From contig CAWHFJ010000009.1 in assembly GCA_963828495.1 (NCBI GenBank), positions 298,338-362,337 on the forward strand: 64,000 nucleotides of DNA, in the 5' to 3' direction. This DNA comes from Candidatus Omnitrophota bacterium (GTDB lineage: Bacteria > Omnitrophota > Gorgyraeia > Zapsychrales > Fredricksoniimonadaceae). This document shows, piece by piece, positions 9,972-19,038 of the stretch; the first letter of the stretch is position 1, and every line of letters starts with the position of its first letter. The notes below the pieces were generated by a model, which was given only the letters and a program-made list of their open reading frames with translations, was not told the origin of the DNA and did not search any database. The position numbers and the translations under genes are program-made.

Positions 9972-11294
9972 TTATCTGTCCAGCTCCCCGGCAATCATAT
10001 TCACCGAACCAAACGTCGGGACTAAATCGGCCATCATCCCGCCGACCAAACATTTAGGCAGCGCCGCCATGATCGCAAAACACGGCGGATGAACACGGAC
10101 ACGCCATGGTTTGTCACGGCCATCCGAAACAATGTAAAATCCCAGCTCTCCATTGGCCCCCTCGACGGGAAAATACGCCTCGCCCGCAGGAGGACAAATC
10201 CCATGGCCGTACATGACTAACTTAAAGTGGTTCATCAGCCCTTCGATATTGCCATACGTGTCTTCTTTGGCAGGCAACACAACGTCTTTTCTCATCGCGT
10301 TAATGGCGCCATAGTATTTCCTGGTACTCCCTTGCAAGGTGGGGTCCGTCGTCACTTCATCTTCAATGAATTCCTGGGTTTGGCCCATCTTGGCCCGATC
10401 GACCATTTGGGCCGCCGTAATCACACAGCCCGTCAGATCCCCGGCAATGGGGCCGTCAGGAATTTGCTGCAAGCACTGCTCAACCATCCTTAAGGATTGC
10501 TCCATCTCTGCCATGCGAACAAAATAACGGTCGAGATTATCCCCCGTGGTCCCCGTGGGCACATCAAACTCCAGGCGATCATAGATCAGATAGGGGCTCG
10601 CTTTGCGCACATCATAGGCGACACCCGTCGACCTTAAAAATGGTCCGGTAATCCCATAAGAAATCGCATCTTTGGAAGAAATCCTGCCCACATCCTTCAT
10701 CCGGTCGAAAAAAATACGGTTACGGGTCAACAAATCATCCACCTCAATGAGCACTTTGCGGACCTCTGCTATTTTCCGCAAGGCTTTCTGCGCAAACCCT
10801 TCGGTTAAATCCGCTTTAACGCCGCCGATACGCACATACGAAACGGTTAACCTGGCGCCTGTGACGTCTTCCACCAACTCATATAAATATTCGCGGGCCT
10901 GCATCATATACAAAAACACCGACATCGCGCCCAACTCCATGGCCGTGGCACCTATACACGTCAAATGGTCCGTGACACGCGAAATCTCGCTCATGATGAC
11001 GCGGATATATTTTGCCCGCAAAGGAATATCAATGCCCAATAATTTTTCAACACTCAACGCAAACCCGACGTTATTGACCAGCGGCGAGACATAGTTAAGA
11101 CGGTCCGTATACGGGAAGCACTGTGTATACATAACCGTTTCGCACATCTTCTCAAAGGCCCGATGGAGATAGCCGATCTCGACATCGACACCTTGTATTT
11201 TCTCCCCATCCAATGCCATAATAAGACGAATAACACCGTGCATCGCCGGATGCGAAGGCCCTACATTTAATAACATGGAGCGCGTCTCGGTCAT
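9972..11294 (-). CDS. nuoD: NADH-quinone oxidoreductase subunit D, with an extra ~45-aa insertion
   Basis: NuoD/49-kDa sequence (GPSHPAMHGVIRL, GYLHRAFEKM, C-terminal SVNMIAGELDR). At 440 aa it is long, with extra residues between PDGP and LPAKE. Confidence 0.92.
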   Translation of the reverse strand: MTETRSMLLNVGPSHPAMHGVIRLIMALDGEKIQGVDVEIGYLHRAFEKMCETVMYTQCFPYTDRLNYVSPLVNNVGFALSVEKLLGIDIPLRAKYIRVIMSEISRVTDHLTCIGATAMELGAMSVFLYMMQAREYLYELVEDVTGARLTVSYVRIGGVKADLTEGFAQKALRKIAEVRKVLIEVDDLLTRNRIFFDRMKDVGRISSKDAISYGITGPFLRSTGVAYDVRKASPYLIYDRLEFDVPTGTTGDNLDRYFVRMAEMEQSLRMVEQCLQQIPDGPIAGDLTGCVITAAQMVDRAKMGQTQEFIEDEVTTDPTLQGSTRKYYGAINAMRKDVVLPAKEDTYGNIEGLMNHFKLVMYGHGICPPAGEAYFPVEGANGELGFYIVSDGRDKPWRVRVHPPCFAIMAALPKCLVGGMMADLVPTFGSVNMIAGELDR

Positions 11295-11788
11295 CAGATT
11301 TGTGGTCCGATCAGGGGTTGACGTTTATTAAACGGATAATCCTTACACAACGGATGTCCTTGAAATGCCTCATACATCAAAAGGCGTTTACAATTAGGGT
11401 GCCCCTTGAATCGGATGCCAAACATATCCCAAACTTCTCTTTCATACCAGTTGGCAGAAGCCCAAAGGTCACAGAGCGTATCCACCTCGGGATTTTTTTC
11501 GTCAAGGGCGACCTTAATGCGGATCCGGTGGTTATGCTTAAGGGAAAAAAAATGATAGACAACTTCAAAGCGCCATTCTTTGGGGATCCGTCCACCGGCA
11601 TAAAACAAATAATCAACGGCGGTCAGGTCCATTAAAAAGTTGAAATCTAATTCCGGGGTTTCTTTTAAAAATTCGGCAACGGCCCTCAAGGCAGAAGCAC
11701 GGATCGTGAGCGTTTCATCCCCTCTAAAGGCGTGCGCCTCTAGGATTTCTTGGGCAAATTGTTCTTGGATTCTTTGTGTTGGTGTCAT
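11294..11788 (-). CDS. nuoC: NADH-quinone oxidoreductase subunit C
   Basis: NuoC/30-kDa-type sequence (ANWYEREVWDMFGIRFKGHP). It overlaps nuoB and nuoD. Confidence 0.88.
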   Translation of the reverse strand: MTPTQRIQEQFAQEILEAHAFRGDETLTIRASALRAVAEFLKETPELDFNFLMDLTAVDYLFYAGGRIPKEWRFEVVYHFFSLKHNHRIRIKVALDEKNPEVDTLCDLWASANWYEREVWDMFGIRFKGHPNCKRLLMYEAFQGHPLCKDYPFNKRQPLIGPQI

Positions 11789-12324
11789 AACGAAGATTCT
11801 ATATGTTTAATAGGCCCCTCGAAGGTCTGCTGCAACCCGGCAGGACGTCCTGTTTTGCCTCGAGGATCATACAGCGTTCTAGACTGCTCCCCTTTTTGTA
11901 TTTTTTCCTGGAGCTTGATTAACCCATCGATCACATTTTCAGGACGAGGAGGGCATCCCGGAATATAAATATCCACCGGAATAATGGTGTCAATGCCCAT
12001 CACGGTGGCATAATTATCGTAAAAGCCTCCGGTACACGTACAGACTCCGAAGGCCACCACCCATTTGGGTTCACACATTTGATCGTAGACGGTCTTTAAG
12101 ACAGGGGCCATTTTTTGGCTGATTGTGCCCACGACAAAAAGGACATCCGATTGCCTGGGTGAAAAACGCGGGAATCCGGCACCAAAACGGTCCTGGTCGT
12201 AATGCGACGCATTGGTCGCCATATACTCCATGCCGCAACAGGCCGTCACAAACGGATATTGGAAAATGGAAAATTTACGCGCCCAGCCTAAAGCGTCTGT
12301 TAACTTCGATGTAAAAAAATGCAT
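11785..12324 (-). CDS. nuoB: NADH-quinone oxidoreductase subunit B
   Basis: NuoB/PSST sequence (ACCGMEYMA, GVCTCTGGFY, YIPGCPPRPE). Confidence 0.92.
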   Translation of the reverse strand: MHFFTSKLTDALGWARKFSIFQYPFVTACCGMEYMATNASHYDQDRFGAGFPRFSPRQSDVLFVVGTISQKMAPVLKTVYDQMCEPKWVVAFGVCTCTGGFYDNYATVMGIDTIIPVDIYIPGCPPRPENVIDGLIKLQEKIQKGEQSRTLYDPRGKTGRPAGLQQTFEGPIKHIESSL

Positions 12325-12325
12325 T

Positions 12326-12679
12326 TTACTCCCATTCTAAGGCCTTTTTTTTCAAAACATAAAAAAGCCCTAGTGCCACAAATCCTATAAAGACCGCCAT
12401 CTCAACCAATCCCCATACGCCTAAGCTTCTAAAAACAACGGCCCAAGGAAAAAGGAACATCAACTCGACGTCAAATACAATAAAAAGCATGGCTACTATA
12501 TAAAAATGCACCGGGGTATTCCCGCCGGGCAAAGAAAAAGGTTTCATGCCGCATTCAAAAGGTCGTGATTTCTCTGCGCTGGGGCATCGGGGAGCCAAAA
12601 ACTTAGGGATGGCCAACAGGACAATCGCCATGGCTAAGGCGAATAAAAAAGCAAATAGTATCCCTGCGTATTCTACCAT
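12326..12679 (-). CDS. nuoA: NADH-quinone oxidoreductase subunit A
   Basis: Small three-helix membrane protein with a NuoA motif (PFECG...FDVELMFLFPWA). It is the first nuo gene of the minus-strand operon. Confidence 0.85.
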   Translation of the reverse strand: MVEYAGILFAFLFALAMAIVLLAIPKFLAPRCPSAEKSRPFECGMKPFSLPGGNTPVHFYIVAMLFIVFDVELMFLFPWAVVFRSLGVWGLVEMAVFIGFVALGLFYVLKKKALEWE

Positions 12680-12688
12680 TCTTCCCCC

Positions 12689-13798
12689 TTACAAATTCTC
12701 TAAAATCATGTCCACGTCGACAAAATCATTGACCAGGCGCCTGGCCTCAAGGATTTTATCGCGGTCCGTCTTCTGGATTTTGGGCGTCATGTTCTCAATG
12801 GCGGCCGCGATGGTATAGGTGTCTTGATCCGAATATAAGACCGGGATATGGCTGTCTTTGAGCAATCCGCCGATTTTAGGGTCAGGGATCAAGCCCCCGG
12901 TTAATATAAGGCCGGCGACCTTGACCGCCCGCCCCTGCTGCAATAAATACGAAGAAACTGTGACCAGCATATTGTCCACCCGGTCTCCGGATGTGATGAC
13001 CAAAGCCCCGTCACGCAAGTGGCTGATCATATTATAGGGCTCCATGGCCGCGACAATGGCATCATACACACGGGTTTGCAAATTTTCCTCACCGGAAAAC
13101 ACTTTTAAATCCAGGAGTTCTTTAATCTGTGCCATCGTAGGCGCGCTCAACCAATCCATTTGAGGAATGACGCCTAAAAGCCTGATCCCTTTGCTCTTAA
13201 GCCCACGGCCGACGATATTCTTGATTTTTTCCAGATTTTCCGGAATGACCTTATTGATAATAACGCCCAATACCGGGACCTTGCGCAAATCAAACAGGAC
13301 TTTATTGAGCATGATTTCGTCAATAGCGCGGCCTATGCCGCCGCCGGATATAATGATGACCTGTGAGCCCAGCAAGGCGGCGACATCCGCGTTAGAGCAA
13401 TCGATCACGGAACCTACCCCCGCATGGCCGGTGCCTTCAACAATGATGGCGTCCTTGCCCCTGGTAACCGTCTGAAAGGATTTAAAGATCTTGTCCTGCA
13501 ATTCTTCTCTTTTGGGCTCAAGGATATATTTTTCCGTATAGCCATGACCGATCGTCACCGGGCTCATGTCTTTAATATGCTTCGTACAGTGATACACCTC
13601 GCCTATCAAATACGTGTCTTTATCAATGGCCTCTTGGGCATAGGGGACCGTTTCCTGGCCCACGGGTTTCATAAACGCCGTTTTGATCTTGCGCTCCTGA
13701 AAACTTTTAAAAAGCCCCAGGGCCAAGGTGGTCTTGCCGGCGTTTTGATTGATGGCCGATATAAAAATGTTTTTAAGATGTCCGGATTTTTTCATCAT
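12689..13798 (-). CDS. BioD-like P-loop / DRTGG-domain protein, resembling the N-terminal regulatory half of phosphotransacetylase
   Basis: N-terminal P-loop (ISAINQNAGKTTLALGL) and the overall layout resemble the Pta N-terminal domains. This is my recognition only. The stop lies 9 nt upstream of nuoA. Confidence 0.55.
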   Translation of the reverse strand: MMKKSGHLKNIFISAINQNAGKTTLALGLFKSFQERKIKTAFMKPVGQETVPYAQEAIDKDTYLIGEVYHCTKHIKDMSPVTIGHGYTEKYILEPKREELQDKIFKSFQTVTRGKDAIIVEGTGHAGVGSVIDCSNADVAALLGSQVIIISGGGIGRAIDEIMLNKVLFDLRKVPVLGVIINKVIPENLEKIKNIVGRGLKSKGIRLLGVIPQMDWLSAPTMAQIKELLDLKVFSGEENLQTRVYDAIVAAMEPYNMISHLRDGALVITSGDRVDNMLVTVSSYLLQQGRAVKVAGLILTGGLIPDPKIGGLLKDSHIPVLYSDQDTYTIAAAIENMTPKIQKTDRDKILEARRLVNDFVDVDMILENL

Positions 13799-13836
13799 GG
13801 TTGATTAAAACATAATAAATGGCTTTAGCCTTTAAA

Positions 13837-14883
13837 TCAATGGTTTAGATGCTCAAATAAAATATACGGATAAATGCCTGAAGAGTGATTGTCGCTCCAG
13901 CTGATGCCGACAGCATAATGACCTAACGGCATAATTTCACGGGGAAAAATATCCGCCGGGATCTTTGTGCTATCAACCAGCCGCTCGCCGGTTGTCTCAG
14001 ACACGCATCCGGCGCACGGACAATGCGCGCGCAGATCAAAAGCCTTGGCCGACAGCACCCGCCCGTCGCTGAAAGTCAAAACAACCTGCCCATCCCGGAA
14101 GGCCGTCTCGGTTAACTGAGATGGGGAGGACTCTCTGTCTTTCAGTGCCTGCAACAATTCATCCCCTGCCTTCTGGATATATACGTCCGGCTGATACTGA
14201 CTCATCGATCCGGAGAGGGCCTCTAGAATCGGTATCTCGACTAAGGTCTTGACGCCGAATCGTTGGGCTAAGGCCCCTGCTTTGTGTTGGCCGAAAATAG
14301 TATATTTTTTGCCTGTATCCGGCGCTATAAAATACGCCATGTTCTCGATGACGCCTAAAATAGGCACTTTGACTTTTTCAAACATCAGTATCCCGCGCGC
14401 CGTATCCACCAAAGACAAGGTATGATGTGTGGTGACAATCACGGCCCCTGTTAACTTAATAGACTGAGTAATAGTTAATTGCACATCCCCTGTCCCGGGG
14501 GGCAAATCCAAGATTAAATAATCAAGCTCTCCCCAATCGGTTTGAAATAATATTTGCTGGATATAATTCGTCACCATGGGTCCGCGCATCACCGCCGGAG
14601 CATCTTGCCATAAAAAGCCGAAAGACATTAGCTTCAGATTATGGCATTCAATGGGGACTACCATTTTAAATTCATTAATGTGAGCTTGAATATTAGGCAG
14701 TTGGAACAATGCGGGCAGAGAAGGCCCGAAAATATCCGCATCCAGCAATCCCGTCTTGAATCCCCGATGGGCTAATTCACAGGCTAAAGCCGCGGCTATC
14801 GTTGATTTGCCCACCCCTCCTTTGCAGGAAGAAATGGCTATGACATGGCTGACTTTAGATAAAGCGAACGGATTGCTACTCAT
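13837..14883 (-). CDS. mrp: Mrp/ApbC/NBP35-family Fe-S cluster carrier ATPase with a C-terminal DUF971-like domain
   Basis: Deviant Walker A (SCKGGVGKST), a D-rich switch (LDLPPGTGD) and a C-terminal Cys motif CPCAGC followed by WSDNHSSGIYPY. Confidence 0.85.
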   Translation of the reverse strand: MSSNPFALSKVSHVIAISSCKGGVGKSTIAAALACELAHRGFKTGLLDADIFGPSLPALFQLPNIQAHINEFKMVVPIECHNLKLMSFGFLWQDAPAVMRGPMVTNYIQQILFQTDWGELDYLILDLPPGTGDVQLTITQSIKLTGAVIVTTHHTLSLVDTARGILMFEKVKVPILGVIENMAYFIAPDTGKKYTIFGQHKAGALAQRFGVKTLVEIPILEALSGSMSQYQPDVYIQKAGDELLQALKDRESSPSQLTETAFRDGQVVLTFSDGRVLSAKAFDLRAHCPCAGCVSETTGERLVDSTKIPADIFPREIMPLGHYAVGISWSDNHSSGIYPYILFEHLNH

Positions 14884-14964
14884 CGCATAACCCTCCTTTA
14901 TTTATTATCACAATTTTTCACAAATAGGCTACAAAAATCGCGTTTTGGGATTACAATCGATACT

Positions 14965-16626
14965 ATGAACGATTGGCTAAAAAAACTCTCCGCCCAACGC
15001 TGGCTGGGCGTTGTACTGATCGTCCTCGTTGGCGCCATTGCCTATCACAATTGCCTGCCCAACGAAATGTTCTGGGATGACGATGACTTTATCCGCAACA
15101 ACCGCTTCATCAAAGATTTCCATTATTGGCCTTTATGGTTTTCTCAAAATTTGGTGGCCGGCAGTTACCTTGTCAGCAATTACTGGAGGCCTTTGCTTTT
15201 AAGCATTTTTGCTCTGGAATGGCATTGGTGGCAAGGATGGGTTTATGGGTGGCATGCCGTCAGTGTCGGCGTCCATGTATTAGCCGCTGTCACGCTTTAT
15301 TATTTATTGAACAGGCTTTTCAAGCGGACCTTATTAGCACTCCTGGTTGCCCTGATCTTTGTCGCTCACCCCGTCCACAATGAAGCGGTCGTCTATGTCA
15401 ACAGCATGGGAGATGCGCTGGCCAGCCTGCTCGTTTTATCCGGCCTGCTGTGCTATGCCCGTTTCCGCCAATCGCAAAAGCCGGCATACATAAGCCGCTC
15501 TTATTATGCCTCTCTGCTTTTTTTCCCATTAGCGGTGATGGCCAAAGAAACCGGTTTTGTGTTGGCCGGATTACTCCCCTTAATGGATTTTCTCCTGCTG
15601 CAAAATAAAAAATCTTGTCTGGCCCGCGTCCGACAGACCGCAGCGGCCCTCTGGCCGCTGTTGGGGCTTGCGGTGACCTATGTTATTCTGCGCGCCACAG
15701 TGCTCAATTTTTCCAACAGTTTTAATTTTTATAATCAGGCAAGCAATGCTTTTACCACCCACCCCAGCATCCGGCTCATGACTTTCTTTAAAGCCATGAC
15801 GCAGTACACCGGTTTTCTTCTTTTCCCCTATCAATTGAGGGTAGAAAGACAACTGCCCTGGGCCCAATCCCTTGGGGAATGGGATGTGACAACCGGAGGC
15901 CTTATCGTTGCGGCTTTGTTGGTTGCGGCATTACGCTATTGGAAAACTAAACCGTGGGTTGCTTTTGGCGTAGGCTGGTTTTTTATCGCTATAGCCCCGG
16001 CCTCCAATATTATAGTCCCCATCAATGCCGTCATTTATGAGCATTTCCTTTACATGCCCATGATCGGCATTACTTTAATCTTTGTTCATGCCGTCCTGGA
16101 TTGGGCGCAAATACACCGGGCCACGGCGACGCTATGTAAAATTATGGGTGTGCTTCTCCTGCTGTTTTGCGCCGTCAATATCCACCGCAATCTGGACTGG
16201 CGTACCTCCATCGGTTTCTATGAACAGCTCGTCACCTACAGGCCTGATGATTACCGTGTCATCAATAATTTAGGGATGGAGTACGCCAATAACGGTATTC
16301 GCGATAAAGCCGAAGCCACCTATCTTAAGGCCATTGCCTTAGACCCTCAAAACCCCGTGGCCTACCACAATATCGCCGGCACTTACCGCGACACCGGGCG
16401 CATAGCTCTGGCGCTAAAGAATTTTCACAAAGCCCTTGAACTTAATCCCGGTTTTATTTTTTCTTACCGCTCTTTGGCTGATCTCTACTGGAAACTCGGG
16501 CAATATGATAACTGCAAGGAGAATTTGTTGCAGGTCTTGCGCATAGACCCGAACGATGCCTCTGTCCGTCAGGCCCTGCGCATGGTGGAAGAAAAGCTTA
16601 CTGAAAAATCTTCTCCAGGGGCTTAG
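14965..16626 (+). CDS. TMTC/PMT-like GT-C fold glycosyltransferase with C-terminal TPR repeats (paralog 3)
   Basis: About 10 predicted TM helices. A first-loop acidic motif (FWDDDDFIRNNRFIKDF) resembles the FVFDD motif of TMTC proteins. The C-terminus has 3-4 TPRs. Confidence 0.6.
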   Translation: MNDWLKKLSAQRWLGVVLIVLVGAIAYHNCLPNEMFWDDDDFIRNNRFIKDFHYWPLWFSQNLVAGSYLVSNYWRPLLLSIFALEWHWWQGWVYGWHAVSVGVHVLAAVTLYYLLNRLFKRTLLALLVALIFVAHPVHNEAVVYVNSMGDALASLLVLSGLLCYARFRQSQKPAYISRSYYASLLFFPLAVMAKETGFVLAGLLPLMDFLLLQNKKSCLARVRQTAAALWPLLGLAVTYVILRATVLNFSNSFNFYNQASNAFTTHPSIRLMTFFKAMTQYTGFLLFPYQLRVERQLPWAQSLGEWDVTTGGLIVAALLVAALRYWKTKPWVAFGVGWFFIAIAPASNIIVPINAVIYEHFLYMPMIGITLIFVHAVLDWAQIHRATATLCKIMGVLLLLFCAVNIHRNLDWRTSIGFYEQLVTYRPDDYRVINNLGMEYANNGIRDKAEATYLKAIALDPQNPVAYHNIAGTYRDTGRIALALKNFHKALELNPGFIFSYRSLADLYWKLGQYDNCKENLLQVLRIDPNDASVRQALRMVEEKLTEKSSPGA

Positions 16627-17233
16627 CCTCGATCCTTAAACCCCCGTCATGCTCAATATGGATCGTGTACAAATACCCGGGAATAAACACAACGCCGGGC
16701 GCTTCGATTTGCACGCTCTTGATGCCGGCATTTTTCGCTTTTTTCTCATCAAAAGCAAAACGCCAAAAATCTTTCCAGAATCTGTTTTCAAAACCCCCCG
16801 CGCGCCCCGGGATTTTATAGCCGTCGGGGATTGTGTCCACCGGGGTGATAGGAAATTCCTGCGTATTTGGGCCGTCGAGAAAAAACGCCTTCCAAAATAA
16901 ATACACGCTTTTGCCCCTGAAACGGTCCCCGGCGGCCACAAATTTATCTTCAAAACGCACGACCAAGGACTGAAACTGAATCAAATTCCCGCTGAAAGTA
17001 AAATATTTGGGCTCCATGGCCCTGCCTTCGGTATCATACTCGACGAATTTGATGGTGGTAAAATCCCGGTGCGCGGTCTCGTCAAAATTGACCTTGGTCA
17101 CCAGCACCTGGGCGGCACGCGACTCCGCCCCAAGCCGCTGCAACATTTGCTGATACGCATGCTCCTGATTAAACCGGTTGACGAGCCACCAGGCAGCTAT
17201 CATCAAAAAAAGGATAATAAAAAGTTTTTTCAT
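16598..17233 (-). CDS. Hypothetical membrane-anchored protein (211 aa from MKKLFIILF)
   Basis: The ATG at 17233 forms an ATGA overlap with the stop of the upstream TPR gene. It has one N-terminal TM helix and no family I recognise. The longer ORF start at 17329 would overlap the upstream gene. Confidence 0.5.
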   Translation of the reverse strand: MKKLFIILFLMIAAWWLVNRFNQEHAYQQMLQRLGAESRAAQVLVTKVNFDETAHRDFTTIKFVEYDTEGRAMEPKYFTFSGNLIQFQSLVVRFEDKFVAAGDRFRGKSVYLFWKAFFLDGPNTQEFPITPVDTIPDGYKIPGRAGGFENRFWKDFWRFAFDEKKAKNAGIKSVQIEAPGVVFIPGYLYTIHIEHDGGLRIEAKPLEKIFQ

Positions 17234-19038
17234 CGCTGCGGTACCACTCCCGACACTTTCTTGAGCAGATGGTAAAATTGTGGATTGACCGCATAGCCTA
17301 ATGCTTGCGCTTTGCGTAAATTGACCCAAGCCTTATCGTACTCTTTTAACTGATAAAAAACAACGGCCAGGTTATTATACGTCTGTGCAAAGTGCGGGTC
17401 TATGTCAAGGGCCTTGTTGAAATCGTTGATCGCCTGCGCGTACATTTTTTGTTTGACAAAGGCATTACCGCGATTGTTATACCCTTCTACACGGTCCGGG
17501 TTTAATAGAATGGCCTTGTTATAATCCGCCACCGCGCCGGCAAAATTGCCCTGTCTGGAAAAAACAGCGCCGCGGTTGACATAGGCATCTGTAAACCCGG
17601 AATTGATGTCAATGGCCTGAGTTAAGTCAGCCGCGGCTTGAGTAAGGTTGCCCTGATGATAATACACCATCCCGCGGTTATTATACGCGTCTGCATAGCG
17701 TGGATATATGTCAATAGCCCTGTTTAAATGAACCAACGCTTGCGTGTACTGACCTTCTTTATCCAGGGAAAAACCGTAATTGTTGTGCGGCCTGGCTTTA
17801 TCGGGAGATTTTTGCACGGCATCTTCCCATAAGACAAGATCATTCTTCCAGACTTTATTGCGCTGGAAGGCGGCCATCGCCAATAGCGCGATCATACACC
17901 CTACGATCCCCAACACTAGGGTGCGTCTATGGCTTAGCATCGAGACCGCCGCCACCGCCGCCACAAAGAACCCGAATGAAATAAGATACAATTTATGCTC
18001 AAAGATCACATTGGCCCGGGGCGCCAAATTGGCAGAAAATGTGATCAGCATCCAGGCCAAACCAAAAGCTATTAAAGGCACACTCCGACGCAGCTTGATG
18101 ATCAAACCGATCATACTGCCCATCACACATAATCCCACCAAGGTCAATGGCGGAGAAAGGAGTCCTGTGGAGACAGGATAATCATAATCCAAATTCTGAT
18201 GGATAGGTAACACCAACAGACGCAGAAAGGTCAAAAAGACCCTCATTTGAGTCAACACATAACGTGCCGGAGTCAACATGTCCCCGTCGTGGGATTCGGA
18301 AAGTACTGATTGTGAAAAAACACTGAACCCCTGCTGTCCCATTTTGGTAAACAGCCCATACAATAAAACCCCGGCAACCGCTAAAACAATATACAACGTC
18401 TTATTGTCCTTTTTAGGAAAGAGTATCCACTCTCCGGCCAGCATCATCGCCGGCACGGTAATGACCACTTCCTTGGTCATAAGGCCAAAAACAGCTAAAA
18501 GCCCTGAGAGCCCAAATAATCTGATTTTATTGACCCTGTCCCCCGCCAGACGTGCGCTCAGATAGCAGTACATGGTCCCCAAATAAAACACCGTCGCCAT
18601 AGATTCGAAACGCTGTGAAATATAACTCACGGCTTGGGTTTGGCAGGGGTGGACTAAAAAAAGGACCGCTATCATAAAGGGGAGTTCTTTGCTGAGGCGG
18701 TCTTGTGCGGGAAACCATTTGATTGTTTGAAACAACAGCCCCGCCAAAGCCCACACCAGCCCTGTCGCCGCCAGATGCACGATAAAATTGAAAATGTGAT
18801 AGCCCTGCGGATGGATTTGATTGAAATAATAATTGAGCGCAAAAGAATACATGCCCATCAAACGGGTCATGGGAAAAAAATGCCAGATGAGCGGAATGCG
18901 GCTGAAATCTTTAATGTAGAGATTATTAACAACGAAGGCACTGTCATCAAATACAAAACCAAAGGAAAACGTCTGGCCGTAAATCAAAAGCCCTATCCCA
19001 ACGAGTATTGCCCATCGCCACACATAATATAGTTTCAT
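17230..19038 (-). CDS. TMTC/PMT-like GT-C glycosyltransferase with 5 C-terminal TPRs (paralog 1)
   Basis: It has the FVFDDSAFVVNNLYIKDF loop motif, a polytopic N-terminal domain and a TPR tail. The start forms an ATGA overlap with the upstream paralog. Confidence 0.65.
   Translation of the reverse strand: MKLYYVWRWAILVGIGLLIYGQTFSFGFVFDDSAFVVNNLYIKDFSRIPLIWHFFPMTRLMGMYSFALNYYFNQIHPQGYHIFNFIVHLAATGLVWALAGLLFQTIKWFPAQDRLSKELPFMIAVLFLVHPCQTQAVSYISQRFESMATVFYLGTMYCYLSARLAGDRVNKIRLFGLSGLLAVFGLMTKEVVITVPAMMLAGEWILFPKKDNKTLYIVLAVAGVLLYGLFTKMGQQGFSVFSQSVLSESHDGDMLTPARYVLTQMRVFLTFLRLLVLPIHQNLDYDYPVSTGLLSPPLTLVGLCVMGSMIGLIIKLRRSVPLIAFGLAWMLITFSANLAPRANVIFEHKLYLISFGFFVAAVAAVSMLSHRRTLVLGIVGCMIALLAMAAFQRNKVWKNDLVLWEDAVQKSPDKARPHNNYGFSLDKEGQYTQALVHLNRAIDIYPRYADAYNNRGMVYYHQGNLTQAAADLTQAIDINSGFTDAYVNRGAVFSRQGNFAGAVADYNKAILLNPDRVEGYNNRGNAFVKQKMYAQAINDFNKALDIDPHFAQTYNNLAVVFYQLKEYDKAWVNLRKAQALGYAVNPQFYHLLKKVSGVVPQR
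17820..18997. repeat. Copy 1 of a 1178-bp perfect direct repeat (period 1922 bp)
   Basis: Identical to 19742..20919 at every position I compared. Mismatches begin at 17819 vs 19741 and at 18998 vs 20920. It covers the membrane domain of paralog 1. Confidence 0.9.
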
